Positions 33,509 to 43,295 of a DNA stretch of 64,000 nucleotides are shown in pieces (the first letter of the stretch is position 1; each line of letters opens with the position of its first letter). Origin of the DNA: an uncultured Gammaproteobacteria bacterium (lineage in GTDB: Bacteria > Pseudomonadota > Gammaproteobacteria > JACCXJ01); contig CAVXTM010000009.1 of the NCBI GenBank assembly GCA_963764725.1, forward strand, positions 64,001-128,000. Direction: 5' to 3'. The notes below the pieces were generated by a model. It worked only from the letters and a program-made list of their open reading frames with translations. It had not been told where the DNA came from and did not search any database. Both the position numbers and the translations under genes were made by a program.

Positions 33509-34505
33509 ACGTGAGTTCGACGTAAGGTAAGGTCAGAAGGCGACCGGGAGAAGATCGAGTTCGTCCGGGCGGAGATTCAGCGACGGTTTTTGGAGCTGAT
33601 AGGTATAGACGATGAGACCGGCGGCTAGATTGACCATGAAATTGGCCGGACTGCGGTGGCGGCTATGCTCGATCTGCGAAATGTTCTTGCGTTGATCGAT
33701 GACGCTCTCAATCACGGCGCGCTTGCGCAGAAGGAGTTTGTCGATGAGGTGCATGACCTTGGGCTTCATGGTCTTGCGCAACCGGGTGATCAGTTCCACC
33801 CCGCGTTGGAACAACTGTTCAAAGAGCCGTTGCGAAATATAGCCTTTGTCGCCGAAGAGCTTGCCGGACAAGTGACGGGTCAATTTCGGCACGGGAACCC
33901 GATCGTCGATGTTCTCCGGGGTCAGCTTGAAGGCCAACAACTCGCCTTCGTCGTTGATGACGAGGTGCAATGTGAAGCCATAGAACCGGCCGACTGAGGT
34001 CTTGCCCCACGCCGCGCTGTCGTTGAAAATCCGATGAGCATGGGCGCGCTTGGGGTGGCAAGCGATGAGGCTGGTAGCGTCACTAAAGCTGATGCCGGTC
34101 AGGTGGCCGCGGCGATGATTCTGGAAGACACAGAGCGGGAGCAAAGCGTCACGCATCAACTCCACAAAACGCGAGTAGCTGACCAGTCGCGGAAACGCTG
34201 GCGGTGATAGCGGGCGATGTAGTCGGTGTAGAAGTGCTTGAAGTTCCGGTAGTGGGCCAGATGGAAGGCGATGATCAGGGTCATCACTTCGCTCAAGGAG
34301 AGCGCCGAGCACCGAGCCCGGCGCTTAACCCCCGCGCTGATCAAGTGGCGCTGCCACTCCGGTTCGAACCCTCGGCAGAAATCATCAAGGTCACAAAACA
34401 GGTGCCCCCAATCCACAATCATGGGCGTTTTCCTCCATACGACCAGGCCGCTCCTACTCTGGTCAGACCTCCCGCTCGTCCAGCTTGCTTAAGTCGAACT
34501 CACGT
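33509..34505 (-). mobile_element. IS982-family element, transposase (34422-33533) frameshifted near 34190
   Basis: Inverted ends ACGTGAGTTCGAC/GTCGAACTCACGT, 7-bp target duplication CAGTTTA (33502-33508, 34506-34512); [21 protein letters not shown]. Confidence 0.92.
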
Positions 34506-35247
34506 CAGTTTAGAAGGCGCCTCTGCGTGCGATCGTTATCGCCGAAGGTTGCAGTGTGGTATTACGCCCGCATGGCAGCGGTGAGGGTCCGTATGTCACC
34601 CTCTCAAGCTAGTGTACTGCTTCATTCTTTTTAGGACTTATGATTCCAGGCGTGGAATCCTTGTGCTGCAACGCTTTCCGAGGAACAGGAATACGCAAAA
34701 AGGACCTTGGTACGGCCAACGACAAGTTCCATTTATTACGAAGCACTACACTAGGTTACAGGGAAGACCGGCGATCGGTGGCTTCGTCCCGTCGCGCCTA
34801 ATCGAACGCAGCACAGCTTTCTCGAGCAGGCATGCCATGGTCGCCATTGCCAAGCCTACCAGCCATCGCTCCACTTGCCGAAAGAAAGGCCTTTTAGGGA
34901 CGTTGTTCACGGAAGCGCTTTTTAAGACTCAATCGCTCATACTACCACGAGGGCGACACAAAACGGGTGAGTGCGCGAAACTGGTGCAGCTCTGTGGGAA
35001 CCGAGAACGGAACATACAGCAAAAACGATATTCAAAACGCAAATCCGCAGGCGACCGAATCATAGCAAGTGCAGGATCTGATGGTGCAGGGCATGCTGGG
35101 TAGTTGTAGATGTCAACGTAGCGCAACAGGATTGTTGAAAGATCTTCGGTGTAATCGTAATGATGGGTTCGAATTCAGTCCGCCTTTTCAAAGCCTTTCT
35201 TTTTTAACCTTACCAGCAACCGATAATGTCTATTGTACGGTTTTACC

Positions 35248-38200
35248 ATGATGAACGATCGCGTATCAGCGTGGCTGAATGAGCTAGGTCTCGGAATATA
35301 CTGTGATTCATTTGAGCAAAATGCTATCGATTGGGAAGTACTTCCCGAGCTGAATGAAGGCGACCTCGAGGCGCTGGGCGTTTTACTGGGACATCGAAAA
35401 AAACTCTTACGCGCTATCGCTCAGCTGTCACAGAGCGCTGAGGTTATGGACAGGGTGTCAATACCCATTTCCGTCGTTCCGGAAAGGCAGCCATTCTATC
35501 CAGAAGGAGATCAAGCAGAACGTCGCCAGCTGACTGTGATGTTTTGTGATCTGGTGGATTCGACACCCCTATCTCGCCACTTGGACCCTGAGGACCTCCA
35601 GGATGTCGTCCGACGTTTTTTAGACGCATGCAGTCAAGCGATCCGTCGGTTCGACGGCTACATCGCAAAATACATGGGTGATGGAATGCTAATCTATTTT
35701 GGGTACCCCCATGCCCACGAAAACGATGCAGAACGAGCGGTACATTCTGGACTGGCTATTCTGGATGTGGCGAAGGCGCTTAATCAAGATAATCCGGATC
35801 AAGGGTTTGGTATAGCTGCAAGAATTGGGATCGCTACTGGCCAAGTCGTGGTCGGCGAATTAATGGGGCAGGAAACCGCCAAGGAAAGGTCAGTTTTTGG
35901 CGAAACCCCTAATCTTGCTGCTCGCCTCCAAGTGCTGGCAAAACCCAATCAGCTGATCATTGACCCTTCGACGAAACGTCTCGCAGGAAATGATTTCGAG
36001 TTCGCAGATCATGGCACCTTTTCTCTTAAAGGGTTCGAAACACCCGTCCAGGCCTGGCGGGTTCTGAGCACCAGGTTGTCAGCCAGCCGGTTTGAAGCCC
36101 ATCGATCCAGTCAATTAGCCAATTTTGTAGGCAGGGAATACGAGATCTCACTCCTGCTTGGTCGTTGGCGCGAAGCCGTCGGCGGAGAAGGACAGGTATT
36201 GCTCCTGCGTGGTGAGGCCGGCATCGGCAAATCGAGAATTACCCAGATTCTGCGCGACCGCATCGCCGACGAACGTCACCAAACTATTCAATACCAGTGT
36301 TCACCTTACCATACCAATACGGCTCTACACCCAGCGATAAATTACCTGTGGCAAGCAGCCGGACTTGCCAGTGAGGACAGTTCCAATACGAAACTGACTA
36401 AGCTGGACGTCATGGCCATCGAAAGCGGAGTTGAAAAGCAGGAAATGGTTTCATTGATGGCGGATCTGCTCTCGATCCGAGAGGATCATCGGTACCCACC
36501 GCTCAATGTGTCATCCGAAAAACGCAAGGAAATGACTCTGGCAGCATTAATGCGCCAACTGCAAAGCCTGGCCGATCGTTTTCCAGTGTTGTTCTTTGTG
36601 GAAGACGCCCACTGGATTGATCCGACAACGCTTGATCTCTTGACGCGAATCATTGACCGCATCCAGCAGATGCGCGTGTTGTTACTGGTAACATTTCGAC
36701 CCGAATTCAACCCCATTTGGCAGGAACGCGGTCACGTGACGTCTCTAACGCTCAGTCGGCTTCCACGTCGGCATTGCACCGAGCTCGTTACTGCGATTAC
36801 AGGGGGTAAAGCGCTTCCGCCCGAGGTGAAACAGACCATTCTCGCCAAGGCCGACGGCGTGCCTCTATATATCGAAGAGTTGACGAGAAATGTTCTTGAA
36901 TCCGGGCTACTGACTGAGGAGGCCTACTCTTATACCTTAAAGGACGCATTAAGAGAATTATCCATTCCGGAAAGTCTGCAAGCTTCGCTGATGGAAAGGG
37001 TAGACCGATTGGGGCCGGTTAAGGAAATTGTTCAAACTGGAGCAGCGATTGGACGTGAATTCACATACGACCTTTTACAGGCAACTGGCGAAGCTACGGA
37101 CAGCCAGTTGAGGAATGCACTCGACCTCTTCGTCGCTTCCGGGCTCATTTTCCAAGAGGGCGAGATTCCCGCTGCGAAATACCTCTTTAAGCACGCTCTC
37201 GTACAAAAAGCTGCCTACAGCACACTACTCAAGAAACCCCGGCAATTGCTACATGCTCGAATTGCTAAGACACTGGAGAGCAGCTTCATCGAGCGTGTAA
37301 AAAGGGAGCCGGAACTCCTGGCTTATCACTATGAACAGGCAGGATTACCGGGCCCGGCGGTTGATTATTGGCATCTTGCGGCTCGTAGCGCCGCGGAACG
37401 TTCGGCTAATATCGAAGCGCTTAATCATTTTAATAGAGCGCTACATCTGCTAAAGGATCTGCCACAAGGTCCAGAGCGTAATACCTTGGAGTTGGAACTC
37501 TTGATAGCACGCGGAGCCCCCTTGCTGTCCGTAAAAGGATATGCATCCGACGAAATGGAACAGAATTATTCAAGAGCGAAGGATTTGTCACAGGAGATCG
37601 GCGATCCCGTGCATCAGTTTCGCGCAATTTGGGGATTATGGGTGTTTCGTCTTGTCAGAGGACAACTCACTGATGCTCGCGGCCTAGCCGAAAGTCTTCT
37701 CGCTTTGGCTAATCGCGAGCAAAGCTCGGATCTACTTGTCGAAGCTCACCGGAATTTGGGTACGACCTATTTCTGGCTTGGCCGGTTTGACGAAGCGAGA
37801 ACCCATCTCCTTACCGCAAAAGCTCTGTACGATCGAAAGCAACACCGGTCGCATGCCTTACTCTACGGCCAGGATCCCGGGATAACCGCGAGGATTTACC
37901 TGGCCAGGACAGTGTGGATATTAGGTGAGGTTGAGCAAGCTGAAACACTGGCGCTGGAGGCCATCGGCATGGCGAGGGAGTTAGATCACCCATTCACGCT
38001 GGCTTTTACCTTAGCCTTTCTTTCCTGGGCCTATTCAACTTTTCGCAACGCGAATAGAACGCTGGAACTCACAGACGAAGCCATTGCCGTTTCAACTCGA
38101 TACTCATTTGAATTGGGTTTGGCGTGGGCAACGGCCTCTCAAGGATGGGCTTTAGCCGAAAATGGGCAAGCGGAAGGTGTAAACAGGTTGATAAGCGGCC

Positions 38201-38643
38201 TTTCCGCTACTCGGGCCATAGGTGCAAGTGTCAACAACACGGCTACATTGGCTTTGCTTGCGAAAATATATTTACAAGAAAAACGCTTTAGCGAAGGCCT
38301 GGCCGCTATTGAGGATGCTCAGAAGATTGCCGTAACGCAGGGAGAACGTTTTTGGCAAGCGGAACTGTTTCGATTGAAAGGCGAACTGCTGCTCGGACAA
38401 TCCGACCAATCAGTCAATGAAGCAGAACAGTGCTTTTGTGAAGCCCTGGAGATTGCACGGAATCAGAATGCGAAAATGCTCGAACTGCGAGCGGCTACCA
38501 GCCTGGCAAGGCTGTGGAAAAACCTGAATAAATTGGATGATGCCAAAAGCACCTTAAGTTTCGTTTACTCTGGTTTCACAGAAGGCTTCGAAAGCCGTGA
38601 CTTGGTTGAGGCCAAAACAGTTCTTGAGCAGCTTATTGAGTGA
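35248..38643 (+). CDS. SAM + class III adenylate/guanylate cyclase + STAND (AAA_16) ATPase + TPR protein
   Basis: WLNELGLG.Y...F (SAM), ERRQLTVMFCDLVDST, YMGDG, GETPNLAARLQ, LKGF, FVGRE.E, GEAGIGKSR, EDAHWID, ELRAATSLARL. Confidence 0.92.
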   Translation: MMNDRVSAWLNELGLGIYCDSFEQNAIDWEVLPELNEGDLEALGVLLGHRKKLLRAIAQLSQSAEVMDRVSIPISVVPERQPFYPEGDQAERRQLTVMFCDLVDSTPLSRHLDPEDLQDVVRRFLDACSQAIRRFDGYIAKYMGDGMLIYFGYPHAHENDAERAVHSGLAILDVAKALNQDNPDQGFGIAARIGIATGQVVVGELMGQETAKERSVFGETPNLAARLQVLAKPNQLIIDPSTKRLAGNDFEFADHGTFSLKGFETPVQAWRVLSTRLSASRFEAHRSSQLANFVGREYEISLLLGRWREAVGGEGQVLLLRGEAGIGKSRITQILRDRIADERHQTIQYQCSPYHTNTALHPAINYLWQAAGLASEDSSNTKLTKLDVMAIESGVEKQEMVSLMADLLSIREDHRYPPLNVSSEKRKEMTLAALMRQLQSLADRFPVLFFVEDAHWIDPTTLDLLTRIIDRIQQMRVLLLVTFRPEFNPIWQERGHVTSLTLSRLPRRHCTELVTAITGGKALPPEVKQTILAKADGVPLYIEELTRNVLESGLLTEEAYSYTLKDALRELSIPESLQASLMERVDRLGPVKEIVQTGAAIGREFTYDLLQATGEATDSQLRNALDLFVASGLIFQEGEIPAAKYLFKHALVQKAAYSTLLKKPRQLLHARIAKTLESSFIERVKREPELLAYHYEQAGLPGPAVDYWHLAARSAAERSANIEALNHFNRALHLLKDLPQGPERNTLELELLIARGAPLLSVKGYASDEMEQNYSRAKDLSQEIGDPVHQFRAIWGLWVFRLVRGQLTDARGLAESLLALANREQSSDLLVEAHRNLGTTYFWLGRFDEARTHLLTAKALYDRKQHRSHALLYGQDPGITARIYLARTVWILGEVEQAETLALEAIGMARELDHPFTLAFTLAFLSWAYSTFRNANRTLELTDEAIAVSTRYSFELGLAWATASQGWALAENGQAEGVNRLISGLSATRAIGASVNNTATLALLAKIYLQEKRFSEGLAAIEDAQKIAVTQGERFWQAELFRLKGELLLGQSDQSVNEAEQCFCEALEIARNQNAKMLELRAATSLARLWKNLNKLDDAKSTLSFVYSGFTEGFESRDLVEAKTVLEQLIE

Positions 38644-38671
38644 CAAAGGTATTGATTGTCCATCATAGGGT

Positions 38672-38815
38672 TCAAACCACCGGCTTTCAGCCGGTTAGCT
38701 TTAGCTGCGAGAATGCTGCACAAGGAGGTGCATCATGGACTACGGATATGGCAGTCATACAGTTTTTCAGATTGAGTACCACTTTGTATCACTTTGTATG
38801 GGTGACGAAGTATCT
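38672..38815 (+). mobile_element. IS200/IS605 tnpA 5' remnant
   Basis: Hairpin accggct-ttc-agccggt; RBS and MDYGYGSHTVFQIEYHFV/WVTKY, broken by a 10-bp tandem duplication (cactttgtat x2). Confidence 0.75.
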
Positions 38816-39117
38816 GTAGTGCGCAAATATCTTTCGACTTGTGCGGCGACGGCACCAACGATACTCATGGTGCAAACCGCCTAGCACAGGCACTCGCGCT
38901 AGCCGTAGTCGCTGGAAAACTTGCTCCGCAAAAAATTCAATACGAGGCGAAATAACGCAAAATTGAACGAAATTGCGGAGCAGAAAATGACCTATCTTGT
39001 TGATAAATAACGATTGTACCGATGACTTGTCTGTGGCGAGTTACTAATTTTAGGGGAGAGTCCGCACTTGTGATCCGCATTTAATGTTCGGCCCTACATT
39101 GTGCGACTTTTGCGGAG

Positions 39118-40047
39118 AGCGCCCTGGCACCCCTGCAAGCGGCGGCCTGCACCTACCGGATCGCGTTCGGGCCCCGGGCGGGCCAGAAAGTGCTGACCTT
39201 GCAGACCATCCCGAACCGAGTGGCGCCGCCCACCGAACACTGCTGCGTCAATGAGCAGGGCTTCAGCTTGCATGCTGACGTGCGGCTCGCCATCAACCGG
39301 CGTCATAAGCTCGAACACCTCTGTCGGTACATCACCCGCCCGGCTCTTGCCAACGAGCGCCCAGCGCTCAACCGTGCCGGGCAGGTGGTGCTCACGCTGA
39401 AGACACCTTACCGAGATGGCACCACCCATATCGTCATGGAACCCCTGGAATTCATGCAGCGCCTTGCCGCACTGGTTCCCCGTCCGCGGTTGCACCTCAT
39501 CCGCTTCCATGGCGTGCTCACACCCCATGCCAAGCTCCGGCCCCAGATCATCCCGAATGCGCCGGTCAACGCGACTGACGACCCATCAGGCCACGCCGAG
39601 ACACCTCATTCCTCGGCGCCGGTCCGCCTGAGCTGGGCCGGGCTGCTCAAACGCGTATTCGATATCGACATCGAGCGCTGCCCCAACTGCGGCGGCGCCT
39701 TAACGATTATCGCCGCCATCCTCGACCCCGCCGTGATTGCCAAGATCCTCGCCCACCTCGGCTTGCCTATCCGCGCACCGCCGCGCTCACCGGCACGTTG
39801 ACCCGATCTGTTCCACGCCGCCTAACCCCGCATCGACACCGCTTCTGCCACAGCGCCGATCTCTCGCTCGGCCTGCGTTCACACACACCGCCCATCAGGC
39901 GGTGACATCCGCCCGCTCAGGCTGATCTACAGCCCCGAAAACGCCATGCGCACACGGTTCTCACCAATAATTCGTGTCATTGACTACCCGCCAAGCTCGG
40001 CGATATAGTCCCACCGCAACAAAAAGGTCGTTTCAAGTTCCTATTCG
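39118..40047 (+). mobile_element. 5'-truncated second copy of the IS91/ISCR element
   Basis: Matches 30418-31347 (offset 8700) with 2 substitutions seen, one creating a premature TGA; same oriIS end. Confidence 0.95.
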
Positions 40048-40289
40048 CCGTTTGACACGGGAGACGAGAATGATCAGATTGAATCGCGATAGCGCGATGA
40101 TCAGCCACACTCGTCGCATTCTGTCCCACCGAACGGTGGATGAGCAATCGAACGGGCAGGAAGTGAATCATGCGAACATTCGTGCAGAGCTCGAATCATT
40201 CTCACATCACGTCCGCGTCCCACGCACCGAAGTCCTCCATCGATCCTCGCATCGAAACGAGCATTCGATCTTTGCGGGGACAGGGATAG

Positions 40290-41526
40290 CCGCTTGCGAC
40301 GGCCGACCGCGAATTCTTCGACTCCCGGTTCGGGCACGACTTCGCCAAGGTGCGGATCCACTCGAACCCGGCCGCGGAAGAATCGGCACGCTCCCTTCGC
40401 GCCAAGGCGTTTACGACCGGGCGGACATCTTCTTCGGCTCGGGCGATTCGCGCCCCGGACAGCCGCCGGCAGGAAGTTGCTGGGGCATGAGCTGGCCCAT
40501 GTGATCGAGCAGGAGTCGCTCGACCCCGCAGCCGTCGAGTACGGGTATCGCGGTCGCGGCGAAGTGGGCGTTCCGACCCTGCAGCTCGCGCCCGAGGATT
40601 CTGCAACGGAACCTGCGCCCGCGCTCGACGATGCCGATGCGCCGGATCCCCTTCTCGACGAAGAGGCGATGATGGCCGTGGCCAGGGAGGGTGCGCGACA
40701 ACTCGACGACTATTTGACGACTTACATCCTGGGCTGTAACGCCACCCGGAGGGAGATGACGCTTTCGGAAGCGCTCGCATCCGGAAAGATCCCCGTGTTC
40801 TCCGACGAGTACGACGCGACGATCGCGACGATCCGACAGCAGTCGCTGGCAGCGCTCCGTCAGGCAAAGGGCTTCTTCGAGAACCTGGATGCGAAATCCA
40901 TGAGCCGATGGAGTGCCGCGGCGCTCGAGGCCGCGAATGTCGCGATCGCAACCATCGAGGATGGAGACGACATCGTCTTCGTCGTCGACAGCCGCACCGG
41001 GGAGGGTCAGTCCGTGCTGTCCCGTATCGACCATTTCCGCGAGCAGCTCGCGATCCGCGAGGGGGGATTTCAAGACGAGGAAGGGCGGGCGAAACGCGTC
41101 TCGGCTGGGCTGTCCTCGCATGAGGGGCAAATGGATCTGGACCAAGCCGTTACGGCATCCCGCCCGCAACATCGCTCGGTCTCCATTCTCGACATCGGTG
41201 CGCTGTACGACAATCGCGCGCTCCAAAACTTCGTGGGTCCGATCCAGAATCCTCCCGGAACGCTTCACATCCAGGTGGATACTGCCGCGGCAGTGGATAT
41301 TCGTGCGCTTTTCATCCACGAAGTCGGCGGTCATGCCTTGAGCTTCGAGACACCGGCGGCGAGGGCGAGGCGTCTGCACGGCGATCCGGTCACCGAGAAG
41401 CAAAAAGAATCCAGCCGAGAGCTGGAGGAGGGTTTGGTGGACAACATGGTCAACAAGGTCGCGTTCTTTTCGCTGATACGCGATGACCTGCCGCGTTCTC
41501 TCATTCGACGGCTCGGTAGCGAATGA
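40290..41526 (+). pseudogene. DUF4157 (eCIS core) domain protein with a C-terminal putative metallopeptidase, frameshifted
   Basis: Across frames FFDSRFGHDFAKVRIH..AAEESARSLRAKAFTTG/IFFG/GRKLLGHELAHVIEQ; second HEVGGH motif. Confidence 0.75.
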
Positions 41527-41713
41527 TCCGGGTCGGGTCGGTGGGACGAGTCAATCCGACGGCGGCGCAGCGCATTCAGGCCTCGTAGGGGCGGCCGTCA
41601 CCGCCTTATCGATCGCTGTACGCACGATACGTGCCCCGGCAAGAGGCGCATCGCATCGCCATGCTGGGGATCATCGAGGGTGCGCCAGCGCTGCGTGCGC
41701 TACACTCGCGTGG

Positions 41714-42270
41714 ATGAAAATCGCCACCTTCAATGTCAACGGCATCGGCACCCGGCTCCCCCCGTCTGCTCGAATGGCTGGAGCGGGAGTCGCCGGATAT
41801 CGCCTGCCTGCAGGAGCTGAAGACACCGGACGCCAAGTTTCCGCTGGCGGCCCTTCGCACGGCGGGTTACGGCGCCGTCTGGCACGGACAGACATCCTTC
41901 AACGGCGTCGCGATCCTCGCCAAGGGCGCCGATCCGGAGGAGATCCGACGCGGATTGCCCGGCGATCCGGACGACACCCACAGCCGCTACATCGAAGCCG
42001 CCGTGCACGGCATCGTCGTCGGGTGTCTCTATCTTCCGAACGGCAACCCGCAGCCGGGGCCGAAGTTCGACTACAAGCTCGCCTGGTTCGAGCGACTGAT
42101 CGCGCACGCGGCGGAGCTGTGGGCGTCGGGCCGGCCCGCTGTGCTCGCCGGCGACTACAACGTGGTACCGAGCGACGCGGACGTGTGCGACCCGAAGGCA
42201 TGGCGCAAGGATGCGTTGCTGCAGCCGGAAACGCGGGATGCGTACCGGCGGCTGCTCGCGCAAGGGTGGG
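41714..42270 (+). pseudogene. xth: Exodeoxyribonuclease III, frameshifted (poly-C near 41760) and 3'-truncated by the mfd duplicate
   Basis: MKIATFNVNG, CLQELK, YLPNGNPQPGPKFDYKLAW, AGDYNVVP. Confidence 0.88.
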
Positions 42271-42750
42271 CGGCAGCCGGAGCTCGACCGGCCGCTCGAT
42301 CATGGCGTCGAGATCGAGATCCATGTTCCGGTGCTGATCCCCGGCGATTATGTACCCGATGTCCACACCCGTCTAATCATGTACAAACGGATCGCGAACG
42401 CTAGTGATCCTGAGGAGCTTGGCCGGCTGGAAGAAGAAATGATCGATCGTTTCGGCGCGCTGCCGCAGTCCGCCAAGGATCTGTTTCGGATCACGCGGCT
42501 CAAGCAGCGGGCGGCGCCTCTCGGGGTCCGCAAGATCGAACTCGGCGCGCATGGCGGGCGGGTGCTCTTCCATGCGCAGGCCGAGGTTGACCCGCTGGCC
42601 TTAGTGAAACTGGTGCAGACCCAACTTCATACCTACAAGCTCGAGCAAGGAGACAAGATCCGGATCACGGCCTCGCTGCCCGATGCCGATGCGCGCATCG
42701 GCGCGCTCGATCGTTTGTTCGATCAACTACAACAGCGGGCGGTGGCTTAG
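42268..42750 (+). pseudogene. mfd: Duplicated 3' end of mfd (TRCF domain only)
   Basis: Near-identical to 19748-20230. Confidence 0.95.
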
Positions 42751-42776
42751 TTTGTAGGCATTTCGCCGCAAGGATC

Positions 42777-43295
42777 ATGAAACGCGTCTATTGCTCGGAG
42801 GATCGACTACTCGTCGGCTTCCTCAAAGGTGTCCTCGATGGCCACCGCATCGACTGCCTAGTCAAGAATGAATATCTCATCGGCGGCATCGGGGAGCTGC
42901 CGCCGGGCGCCTGTTGGCCGGAGCTTTGGGTGATAGAAGAGCGTGATCTGCCGCAAGCCCGCACTCTCATCGATTCAGTGCTGAAAGGCGGATCCGGCAC
43001 GGAGCCATGGCGCTGTCCGGCGTGCGGCGAATGGATCGAACCACAGTTCGCGGAATGCTGGCAATGCGCTCAGTGTCAGGATGAGCTACCCTGCCACCTT
43101 CAAAACGCTGCATCGGCTTCGGCGCCCGGAATCCGCGCCGTTCCATATCCACCACCGCCGGGCGTTTCAATGACCAGGACATCGCCGGGCCGCATCATGG
43201 TTGCCGCGCAGCCGCCCAAGGATTCCACCGTACCGTCGGCCCGCTCCACCGAGTTGCGCCCGATCTTACCCGGCTCGCCGCCCGCAAGACCGTAG
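42777..43295 (+). CDS. DUF2007-like protein copy 2; TGC at the position of copy 1's TGA gives read-through into the oxoprolinase gene
   Basis: About 93% nucleotide identity to 24542-24859. Confidence 0.75.
   Translation: MKRVYCSEDRLLVGFLKGVLDGHRIDCLVKNEYLIGGIGELPPGACWPELWVIEERDLPQARTLIDSVLKGGSGTEPWRCPACGEWIEPQFAECWQCAQCQDELPCHLQNAASASAPGIRAVPYPPPPGVSMTRTSPGRIMVAAQPPKDSTVPSARSTELRPILPGSPPARP

Noticed and set aside
33533-34422. Programmed frameshift in the IS982 transposase
   Set aside because: No slippery motif seen; a single-base loss or sequencing error is more likely. The same caveat applies to the xth, DUF4157 and RAYT frameshifts.
34750-34940. Small minus-strand membrane peptide (RPFFRQVERWLVGLAMATMACLLEKAV)
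   Set aside because: Internal stop near the start and no recognisable family.
38816-39117. Possible further IS end (tgtagtgcgc...ctacattgtgcgac)
   Set aside because: No convincing inverted repeat or transposase; cannot be assigned.
42211-42750. Xth-Mfd fusion protein
   Set aside because: The junction is out of frame for xth, and xth is already frameshifted.
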